Source: an uncultured Ectothiorhodospiraceae bacterium
GTDB taxonomy: Bacteria; Pseudomonadota; Gammaproteobacteria; UBA9214
Direction of reading: 5' to 3'
DNA length: 64,000 nucleotides
NCBI GenBank assembly: GCA_964564245.1
Contig: CAZMAK010000002.1
Span: 21,028-85,027, forward strand
In this document: positions 40,240 through 48,371 of the stretch, piece by piece
How the letters are laid out: every line of letters starts with the position of its first letter
Position numbering within the stretch: the first letter of the stretch is position 1
Program-made: the position numbers and the translations under genes
The notes under the pieces: generated by a model
Seen by the model: only the letters and a program-made list of their open reading frames with translations
The model's database searches: none
What the model was told of the DNA's origin: nothing

Positions 40240-43026
40240 TCAGTAAAGGACGGCCACATAGGGGGCACCTCTCTCCTGTTTCGCGTACTTCGCCGGTACC
40301 AGTTCGGCCAGCGCCTGCAGGCTCTTGCCGATCCAGGCGTCATAGAGGCCCGATTGCAGCCGTTCTGCATTCGTTTCATGCAGACTGATAGCCTGCTCCT
40401 CGAACGGATAGGACTGGTCTTCCAGCAGGATGTTGTATTGCTCCAGTGCCTCGGCATCGAGGTTCTTCGGGCGTTCCGACTCCTGCAGTGCCGTGGCCAG
40501 CTGGCGGTACACCTGCGCAGTCTGGTAGGCGGCGGCGGTCGTGACCTCTGCCACACTGTACGCCGCCGCCTGCTCGTACTGCGCCAGGGTTTCCTGCATC
40601 AGGCGCTTTTTCAGCGCCAGGCTTTTCTTCAGGGGCAGACGCAGCGCAACGGCGCTGTAGCGGTCGTGTGCCCGGTCGGCCAGCTGCAGGAGCGCCGTGG
40701 CCGCCAGGTAACGCGTCCGGTCGGTGCGTTCCGCTCCGGCCTGCCGGTCAGCGCTGATGATCTCGTTGAGCCAGTGTTCCTGCGCGCGCGTGTCACCCTC
40801 CGCCAGGTACTGCCTGGCGATGTGGTGCATGGCCTCGATGGCGGGTTCGGCCGGACTCGGAAACTGCGTGAGGTAATAGCGGTAGACGTCGCCAGCCTGT
40901 TTCGCCGCACCGTTGTTGCGGTACAGCTCGGCGGCCTGCCACAGGGCATCCCGGCGTAACGTGGCATCGCCGGCGGCCCGGCCGATCCGTTCGAATTCCC
41001 GGGCCGCCTGCAGCGGCTGGCCCCCTTCCTGGTAGGCGGTCGCGAGCCGGCGTGTGACCTCGGCCTGGCGCGGATCGTCCGGGAACGCCGTACGGAACTC
41101 CTGCAGGCTGCTGGCGGCCGCCTTCCAGTTCTTCAGTTTCAGCAGGCCTGCCGCGGCGTCGTAATCCGCCGTGGCGACGATGCTGGCGCCCGGCGTGGCA
41201 GTACGTACCCGCTGGAAGTGCGCCACGGCCGCGGCCTCGTCGCCGCGCGCACGGGCCGCCTCACCCTGTTTGTAGATAGAGGCGGCAAGTTTCTCAACCA
41301 ACGCGGGTTTTTCCGGGGAATTCCCCGGTGTTCTGGCCAGGGTCTGCTGGTAGGCCTGCTCCGCCTGCAGGTAGTCACCGAGATCGAACCAGGCATGCGC
41401 CTGTACCGTCCAGCAGACCCGCTGCTGTTCGGCGGAGGCCCTCGTGCTGGACGTTACCTGCTTTGCCACCTGGATCGCGCGCGGGTTCTCATGCGCGGCC
41501 AGCAATTCCTCGGCGGACTTGCTCAGTACCGCCAGAGCCTGGGGGTGTTCCGGGAAGGTGGTGGCAAAACGCAGTGCATTGTTGAGCCCCTGCTCATGCC
41601 ATTGCGCACGTGCCGCGCCCTCCAGCAACGCCTCCTCCCTGGCATATGCCAGTACCGACGCGTAACCGGCCTCGGCGGCGTGCTCATGGCTGCCGTAGTC
41701 GTAGGCGGTATGGATATATTCCTGTGCGGCATCGCCGAAGTGGCCCGACTCGAACAGCAGTTCGGCCAGCAGGAAGTTCATGCCGGGGGCCTCGGCACTG
41801 TCACCAAACGAACCGAGAAAGCTGTGGTACCAGCGACTGGCCTCGGCGTAATCGGCGGCCTGCTTGCTGTGCTGTGCCTGTGCGTGGTAGTAGCGCGTCA
41901 GGTCGATCATGGTGCGCTTCAGGAAGCCGAGCACCTGTGTCGCCTCGGTCCTGTCATGATGTTTCCAGTACTCACCCTGCAGGTTGTAGCGATCGACGAA
42001 GGCCTTCTTGCTTTCCAGTACCAGGGTCGGGAACCCGCCGGACTGGTAGGCATCGATCACACGCATCTGGAATGCCGGTGCCTGCAGGTGCACCGGGTTG
42101 GCATCGACGAAGGCCTGGAAGGTCTGTGCCGCGTCGGTGTAACGCTCCTTGTCCAGGTAGAGCTCTCCCAACCGCTCGTATACCACGGCCTCGTAATCAC
42201 GGCTGCCCTGCTGACGAAACAATGCGGCGACGCTCTGCGGCCCCTCCTCGTACGAGAATGCCAGGCTCATGGCACGCAGGGTGTCGTCCACCCGTTCCTG
42301 TTCGGCACGGGACAACGGTTCCGGCGCGGTGCCGGCAGCACGGGTGAGCTTGCGGTCCAGCAAGGCCAGGAAGGTCGCATTGCTCTCGTCGTACAGACCC
42401 TGCTTGAACTCACTCCACCCCAGCTTGTAGAGCGATTGCTCGAAGAATGCACCCTGTGCGCCGGCCTTGACCACGGCGTGGTAGGCCTGCCCGGCCGCGC
42501 GGTAGTGCCGGCTGACGAACTGGATTTCCCCGATCCGGAACTGTGCTTCCTGACCATACCGGCTGTCCGGGTATTGCCCGACCAGGCGGGTCAACGTGGC
42601 GAGTGCCGGTTCCGGTTCCCCGCCCAGTTCATACGCACGCGCCAGCTGATAGAGCACGGCGTCGTTGTCCGGCCGGTCCGGGTAGGTCTCCAGTACCTGC
42701 CGGTACAGGCGAATGGAGTCCTGTACCTGCTGCGGTACCGGGGGTGCGTCATCGCCCGTGGATGCCGCCGGCATGGCCTCCGCCTCCAGGTTGATGTCGG
42801 CCAGCCGGCGCATGGCCTGCGGTCTTGCCGCAGTCCGGTCACCGCTTTCGAGGAAACTGCGATAGGCATTCATGGCCTGCTGTTCGCTGGCCACCAGTGG
42901 CTGATCCTCGATGTGTGGGGGGCGTGTGCCGAGATCCGCTATGGTCGGAGCCTCGTCCCCGTGCATCAGCGAACACCCGGCCAGCCCGGCCAGCAGCACG
43001 AAACACAGGTTGTCCAGCCGCTTCAC
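40240..43026 (-). CDS. Large TPR-repeat lipoprotein (928 aa)
   Basis: Lipobox LAGCS; many TPR-like helical repeats; ATGA overlap with the upstream TPR gene. Confidence 0.8.
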   Translation of the reverse strand: MKRLDNLCFVLLAGLAGCSLMHGDEAPTIADLGTRPPHIEDQPLVASEQQAMNAYRSFLESGDRTAARPQAMRRLADINLEAEAMPAASTGDDAPPVPQQVQDSIRLYRQVLETYPDRPDNDAVLYQLARAYELGGEPEPALATLTRLVGQYPDSRYGQEAQFRIGEIQFVSRHYRAAGQAYHAVVKAGAQGAFFEQSLYKLGWSEFKQGLYDESNATFLALLDRKLTRAAGTAPEPLSRAEQERVDDTLRAMSLAFSYEEGPQSVAALFRQQGSRDYEAVVYERLGELYLDKERYTDAAQTFQAFVDANPVHLQAPAFQMRVIDAYQSGGFPTLVLESKKAFVDRYNLQGEYWKHHDRTEATQVLGFLKRTMIDLTRYYHAQAQHSKQAADYAEASRWYHSFLGSFGDSAEAPGMNFLLAELLFESGHFGDAAQEYIHTAYDYGSHEHAAEAGYASVLAYAREEALLEGAARAQWHEQGLNNALRFATTFPEHPQALAVLSKSAEELLAAHENPRAIQVAKQVTSSTRASAEQQRVCWTVQAHAWFDLGDYLQAEQAYQQTLARTPGNSPEKPALVEKLAASIYKQGEAARARGDEAAAVAHFQRVRTATPGASIVATADYDAAAGLLKLKNWKAAASSLQEFRTAFPDDPRQAEVTRRLATAYQEGGQPLQAAREFERIGRAAGDATLRRDALWQAAELYRNNGAAKQAGDVYRYYLTQFPSPAEPAIEAMHHIARQYLAEGDTRAQEHWLNEIISADRQAGAERTDRTRYLAATALLQLADRAHDRYSAVALRLPLKKSLALKKRLMQETLAQYEQAAAYSVAEVTTAAAYQTAQVYRQLATALQESERPKNLDAEALEQYNILLEDQSYPFEEQAISLHETNAERLQSGLYDAWIGKSLQALAELVPAKYAKQERGAPYVAVLY

Positions 43027-44903
43027 GGCGTCCCTCCCTTGCTCACATGCAGGGCGCTGTCGTAGGTCTGCGCCAGTGCAAAGCGGGCCTGCACCGTGTA
43101 GGTGTCGATGCGTTTCTTCTGCCGTTCCAGTTCGTCGACGGCCAGCTGCTGCAACTGTGCGCCCTCTGCCAGCCGGGCCCGGTCGGTCCTGGCCAGCAGG
43201 GCCTGAATGGTCATGCGCCCGGTACGGATCCGGTTCGAGAAGTCGCGGAATTCCTCCGGGGTATCACTGCGCGCACTGGCCAGTTCGTCGAGTTTCTGCT
43301 GCGACTGCCCGAGCAGCTTCGCGAGCTCCTTCAGGCCGCGTTTTGCCTGCCACAGGCGTGACCGGAAATCCGTGCTCAGTTGCCAGCGCAGGACACCCTC
43401 GAGCAGCCGTTGCCGTTCCCGCAGGTTGGCGGTTCGCTTCGAATCCGGCAGCCGGTCGAGGCGGGCCTTGATGGATTGCAGCTTCTGCCACTGCTGCAGC
43501 TCGGTGGCGTTGGCCAGCGCCATCACGTCATTGCCGGTATCGGCCTGGCGTACCCGGTAGGCAAGCGTCTCGTAGCGGTTCTTCAGTGCCGCCAGGTTTG
43601 CACTCTTCAGTCCCCGCTCCGCCGCGGGACTGCGTTCGGCAAAGCGTGCCTTGCGGGCCGCCAGCATGTCATCGTAGGCATCCATGCTCGCTGCCCAGCG
43701 TTGCAGGTTATTGCGCAGCAGCAGCAGGTCCCGGTAGTTCTTCACGGCTTCCTGGAATTCGTGGGCCGCCATCAGGGTCAGCTGGTAACGCAGTGCCGGG
43801 GACTGGGTGTCAAGCGTGAGCTGCTGCAACCAGCCGGTACCGGTACGCAGATCCTGTTGCTGAAGAATATCCAGCAACTCACCGTTCCTGATTGATTTTA
43901 TGGAGTCATCCAGCTTTCCTTTCTCGCCCTGCAACAGGCTGATTGCATCGTTGTACTGCGCCACGGCGCGCCCGCGCAGCTGCATCCGCGTCAGGGCGTA
44001 CGGCACGGCCAGCAGGGCCTCCTGTACCGCCGGGTCGGTGGCGTCGCGCTGGCCGAGTTCGGTCCAGGGCAACAGTGCGTGATCGAACGCGCGGTTATTG
44101 GCATCGGCCCAGCCGGCGCCGAGCAGCGCCTTGTTGGAGTACGGCCCCTGCAGGCGGACGCGCTCCAGCGTGGCGCGTGACAGCTTGTCTTCGCCGTGTT
44201 GCAGATAGCTGTACCCGAGTGCGAGGTTGGCCTTGTCACGCAGGGTACGCTGCTCCTCGTTCTCGCTATCCATGCTGCCGATGGCGGCCAGGGTCTGCGC
44301 GCCGGCATCCAGCTGGCCGTTGCGGATCTGGGCCACACCGAGGTTGAAGGCCAGGTAGGGGGTCCATGCCCCGGCCTTGTGTGCGGTCTCGATCTGCCGG
44401 ATGGCATCCGTATTTCTGCCCAGCTGCAGCAGCATCAGGCTGCCCAGCAAGGCGCTTTCCGCACGGGTTGCCTGGCTCATCTCGCCACCGACCTGGCCGA
44501 GGGCCTTGAGCGCGGCCTGCGGATCCCCGCGCTCGTAGGAAATCTTCGCGAGGTAGTACCAGGCGCGGTTGCGCGTATCCGTGTCGCTGTGCCCTGCCAG
44601 CAGCTGCTCGAAGATGCGGGTTGCCTCGTTGCGCAGGCCGTAGGACAGGTCCAGGCCGCCCAGCAGCAGTTCCGCCTCGTCGGCATGATGCGGCAGTGCA
44701 TGCTGCGACTTCGCCACCTGCAGACGCACGATGCTGTTGAACCAGTCCTGCTGGTAGTAGTAGAACAGCGCCTCCCCGTACTGCAGGTCAAGGACGCTGG
44801 AGGGCCTGGCCGCTGCGCAGGAAGCCGTGCCCGACCAGAGCAGCAGCAGGCAGCACGTGAGCTGCCTGGTGCGCTGCAACAGTGGATGCCTGCCGGGTTT
44901 CAT
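43023..44903 (-). CDS. TPR-repeat protein with signal peptide (about 626 aa). Start trimmed to MKPGRH.
   Basis: Signal peptide CCLLLLWSGTASCAAA; TPR repeats and C-terminal coiled coil. Confidence 0.75.
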   Translation of the reverse strand: MKPGRHPLLQRTRQLTCCLLLLWSGTASCAAARPSSVLDLQYGEALFYYYQQDWFNSIVRLQVAKSQHALPHHADEAELLLGGLDLSYGLRNEATRIFEQLLAGHSDTDTRNRAWYYLAKISYERGDPQAALKALGQVGGEMSQATRAESALLGSLMLLQLGRNTDAIRQIETAHKAGAWTPYLAFNLGVAQIRNGQLDAGAQTLAAIGSMDSENEEQRTLRDKANLALGYSYLQHGEDKLSRATLERVRLQGPYSNKALLGAGWADANNRAFDHALLPWTELGQRDATDPAVQEALLAVPYALTRMQLRGRAVAQYNDAISLLQGEKGKLDDSIKSIRNGELLDILQQQDLRTGTGWLQQLTLDTQSPALRYQLTLMAAHEFQEAVKNYRDLLLLRNNLQRWAASMDAYDDMLAARKARFAERSPAAERGLKSANLAALKNRYETLAYRVRQADTGNDVMALANATELQQWQKLQSIKARLDRLPDSKRTANLRERQRLLEGVLRWQLSTDFRSRLWQAKRGLKELAKLLGQSQQKLDELASARSDTPEEFRDFSNRIRTGRMTIQALLARTDRARLAEGAQLQQLAVDELERQKKRIDTYTVQARFALAQTYDSALHVSKGGTP

Positions 44904-44926
44904 TGCATCCTGCCGGGATACGGGAG

Positions 44927-45478
44927 TTATTCCCATTCCTGGATGCTGAAGTCGGGTTGCTCGGTGGACGGGTTATCGACGATCTTCAACTCCACGAACC
45001 GCGCCCCCAGTCCCTTCTCGACGCTGACCGTGGCACCGCGCCGGTAGTCACGGCCATTGGGCCCCTTGCCGGTGTAGAAGGCGACCAGTTCATGGGAACC
45101 TGTCTTGAGGTTGCCCATGTACAGGCGCTGGACACCGCCGCGCTGCAGGGCCTCGATCTCGCGCGCGGTGTAAAGATAGTTGCTGACAACGTCGCCATCG
45201 ATCTTCAGTTGCACGGAATCCAGGCTGAAAAACTTGCCGACATCGAGCGAGACAAAGACCGCCAGCTGGGTACTGGCCGGGTACAGCAGGTCTTCTTCCA
45301 GCACGAACAGGTCACGGTTCAGTGCGATCACTTCCTGCTTGAGTGACTGGATATCGCCATCCAGCGTGGCCGCCTTGCCGGGGGCAGGTTCCGCGGCGGA
45401 GCTGACGGTCTGCACCAGCAGCAGCACGGTGCCCGCTACCAGTCGGATGATGCGTAAGGTGACAGGGTTGGTTGACAT
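44927..45478 (-). CDS. Secreted coiled-coil protein of unknown function (first gene of the TPR/ExbBD/TonB operon)
   Basis: Signal peptide; coiled-coil segment LDGDIQSLKQEVIALNRDLFVLEE. Confidence 0.55.
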   Translation of the reverse strand: MSTNPVTLRIIRLVAGTVLLLVQTVSSAAEPAPGKAATLDGDIQSLKQEVIALNRDLFVLEEDLLYPASTQLAVFVSLDVGKFFSLDSVQLKIDGDVVSNYLYTAREIEALQRGGVQRLYMGNLKTGSHELVAFYTGKGPNGRDYRRGATVSVEKGLGARFVELKIVDNPSTEQPDFSIQEWE

Positions 45479-45704
45479 GAATGACCTCGGACTGACCCGG
45501 AAAATGATGGCGCTGTTCCCGGATATGTCGGTAAACCGGCGTAAAAATTGACCGGTTCGCCGCAGAAAAACCGGCTACCGGGCAGTTTGCGTCAGGCTGT
45601 GCGGCCGGGGTGAGCAGCCGGTCACAGTTTCAGGGGGATACGGGTGCGTGCACCGGGAACGTGCCGGGCAGCACTCCCGCGCGGGTGTGCAGACGGGTCC
45701 CGGA

Positions 45705-46703
45705 CTATTGCTTTGCCGGTTCGAGCCCGTCCGAGTAGTGCAGCCTGCCCTCGTTGTCGACCAGGATCGCCTCTGTGTCCGGCAGGGAGTTGATCAGTTG
45801 CAGCCCCTTTTCCACGCCCAGGACGAAGACACTGGTGGACAATGCATCCGTGTCGGTGGCGTGGCCGGCGATGATGCTGGCACTGTGCAGCCGGCGTGCC
45901 GAGTCGCCGGTGCCGGGATCGATGATGTGGTGATAGCGCACCCCGTTTTCCTCGAAGAAACGCTCGTAGTCGCCGGAAGTGGAGATGGCGGCATTTTCCA
46001 GCGGTACAACACTGACCAGACCGTCGTGGTTGCGTGGATCGCGAATACCGACATTCCAGGGATGGTCGCGGTGGTTGCCGATCACCCGGCTGTCACCGCC
46101 GGCACTGACCAGTGCGTCCTGCACACCGGCCTGCAGCAGCAGATCGATACAGCGGTCGACGGCGTAGCCCTTGGCGATACCGCCAAGGTCGATGCGGACC
46201 CCCTTGTGCAGGAAGTGCACGGTGGAGTGTGCGGCATCGAGCTCGACAAAATGCCAGTTGATGTCCGGTACGGTGGCGGCCAGCTGGGCGCGGCTCGGGT
46301 GCCTGCCCTGGCGAAAGTCATACAGGTAGCCGGCGCTGGCGTAGGTGATATCAAATGCACCGTGGGTAATTTCCGAGTACTCCAGCGCCCTGTGGATCAG
46401 CCGGAACAGTTCCGGACTGACCGGTACCGGCTGCTGCGCGGCGAGACGGTTGACACTGGAGAGTTCGCTGTCCGGTTTCCAGGTGCTCATCAGGGTATCG
46501 ATGCGGCGCATTTCTGCCATCACCCTGTCGGCCAGCCCCTCCCCGCGCGTGCTGTCGTCGGTCCACAGTTCGACGCTGACCGAGGTGCCCATGATGGCGG
46601 CATCCCGGTGCAGCCAGCCGGCACCGGCGCCTGGCGACAGCAGGCAGGCCAGCAACAGGATCGGCAAACGGCAGGAACGGCGCATGGGCCGATTATCGGC
46701 CAA
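45705..46703 (-). CDS. apbE: FAD:protein FMN transferase (ApbE/Ftp)
   Basis: Signal/lipobox N-terminus; ApbE motifs AIMGTSVSVELW, IDLGGIAKGYAVD. Confidence 0.85.
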   Translation of the reverse strand: MADNRPMRRSCRLPILLLACLLSPGAGAGWLHRDAAIMGTSVSVELWTDDSTRGEGLADRVMAEMRRIDTLMSTWKPDSELSSVNRLAAQQPVPVSPELFRLIHRALEYSEITHGAFDITYASAGYLYDFRQGRHPSRAQLAATVPDINWHFVELDAAHSTVHFLHKGVRIDLGGIAKGYAVDRCIDLLLQAGVQDALVSAGGDSRVIGNHRDHPWNVGIRDPRNHDGLVSVVPLENAAISTSGDYERFFEENGVRYHHIIDPGTGDSARRLHSASIIAGHATDTDALSTSVFVLGVEKGLQLINSLPDTEAILVDNEGRLHYSDGLEPAKQ

Positions 46704-46728
46704 TGGCGCCGTTTCCGGAATGGCCGGG

Positions 46729-48315
46729 TCAGATGGTGCCGCTGACGACCGGGTTGAAGGCGGTGAGACTGTCCTGCATGGCCGCGTTGCCGAGGCCGTG
46801 GCCAGGGAACAGCGTGGAGAAGTTCCCCTGCTCGCCGTGCAGGGCCATGTAGTTGAGGATCACGGTCTGCGCCAGCAGGTTGACCTGGAGGGCGGCCGGT
46901 GTGGCGCTGGTCTCGACCGAGGCATCCGGACGCATCCAGCCGATCTGCTGGTGCCGCGCCTGCGCCACGGCATCCGCACCCAGCAACAGCGGGCGTGAGC
47001 CGGGATTGTACACCAGGAAGAACGAGCTGGCGGTGGACGAGTTGTCGCCGGTCCACACCCCCTTGCCGCCGCCTGCAGCACTGTTATCGATCATGCCATT
47101 ACTGGCAAGCGAGCCGTCGCTGAAGACGTAGATCATGATGGGCACCCCGACGCGTGCAGCGTATTCCAGGCAGGCACCCATGCAGCGGCCGGCACGCAGA
47201 TCGCGCAGCTCGCCGGTGGCGCGGTCGCCGGTATGGTAGTCAAAGCCACCCATGGAGATGGTGCCGGCACCGGCAAAGCCGTTCACTACCATCTTCATCA
47301 CCGACGCGGTCTTGCGGAATTCCGAGTCGTTATCGAACTCCGCCTGGCTGAAGATGCCGGTGGCGCCGACGATGTCGGGGTCCAGTGCCGGGTTCAGTGA
47401 GGACGGATCACCGAAGCGGTCGGCGATATCGGCCGCCTTGACGTAACCGCAACGCACCAGGTCCTTGATGACGGCATCGGCCGACACCCTGGTGTTGACG
47501 TTGTCGAGTTTCATCTTGCTGATCCGCTCGATGGACTCCATCACGGCGACGGCATCCTGCTGGGACAGCACGCCGATCAGCTGGCCGGTATCGACCATCC
47601 CGGTCACGTCCGAGGGGCGGTCCACCTTGGTCGGGCGCAGCGTCGGGTCGACCATCATGGCCGGTGCCATGGAGTTACCCCCGGATTCCGAGCTCTGCGA
47701 TCCGATCAGGGTCAGCAGGCTGCCGTCCGCACCGGCGCGTGCAATGCCGTACATCGGGTTGTGCGGGTTGTTGCTGGTGTCGTTGTCGGATCGGGCCGGG
47801 ATCACCGCACCGTTGATATCTGCGCTGCGTGCACCGGCCTTTTCGGTGATGCCCTGCAGCATGGCGCTGCTGGCATGGAACGCAAGCCCGAAGTCGCTGT
47901 TGGTGTAGCTGAGACCGGTTACCGGATCGATGGCGGACGGGATCATGTCGCCGGGCAGTCCCAGCTTGCTGTAGCCCTGTGTGCTCAGAAAATCGAGCTG
48001 CCCGCCCTGCTGCCCGACCAGCACGTTGGAACCGGCAATGTTGGCACCACCGGCCAGGTCGAAGCAGATGAACGGGATCTTGCCGGCGCCCAGCGACTTG
48101 ATCCCGCAGGATGCCTTGAGGGCGCTGATGTCTGAAGACAGGGCGGCCGCCGCCTGGCGTGGACTGGCAAACAGCCCGAACAGGGTCGGTGCGGTCACCA
48201 TCCCCATGCCGGCGATCAGTCCCTGCCCGAGGAATTCACGTCGTGTCACCGGACGGCCGTGGCTGTTCAGGCGCAGCGGCTCGTTCAGGTCACGGAATTT
48301 ACGGTTTCTGGCCAT
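46729..48315 (-). CDS. Tat-exported protein of unknown function (DUF1501/DUF1552-like partner of CxxCH proteins). Start trimmed to MARNRK.
   Basis: Twin-arginine motif TRREFLGQGLIAG; FICFDLAGGAN and GGFDYHTGDRA resemble the alkaline-phosphatase-clan DUF1501 family; 25 nt upstream of apbE. Confidence 0.6.
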   Translation of the reverse strand: MARNRKFRDLNEPLRLNSHGRPVTRREFLGQGLIAGMGMVTAPTLFGLFASPRQAAAALSSDISALKASCGIKSLGAGKIPFICFDLAGGANIAGSNVLVGQQGGQLDFLSTQGYSKLGLPGDMIPSAIDPVTGLSYTNSDFGLAFHASSAMLQGITEKAGARSADINGAVIPARSDNDTSNNPHNPMYGIARAGADGSLLTLIGSQSSESGGNSMAPAMMVDPTLRPTKVDRPSDVTGMVDTGQLIGVLSQQDAVAVMESIERISKMKLDNVNTRVSADAVIKDLVRCGYVKAADIADRFGDPSSLNPALDPDIVGATGIFSQAEFDNDSEFRKTASVMKMVVNGFAGAGTISMGGFDYHTGDRATGELRDLRAGRCMGACLEYAARVGVPIMIYVFSDGSLASNGMIDNSAAGGGKGVWTGDNSSTASSFFLVYNPGSRPLLLGADAVAQARHQQIGWMRPDASVETSATPAALQVNLLAQTVILNYMALHGEQGNFSTLFPGHGLGNAAMQDSLTAFNPVVSGTI

Positions 48316-48371
48316 GCATCGTTCCTCGGTCTCTGTCCTGTTCGTTACACATTCGCCGCTGTCACTCTCGA

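Noticed and set aside
41218-43065. 615-aa plus-strand ORF
   Set aside because: Antisense to the 928-aa TPR lipoprotein; Arg/Gly/Leu-rich and featureless. The minus-strand protein has a lipobox and TPR periodicity.
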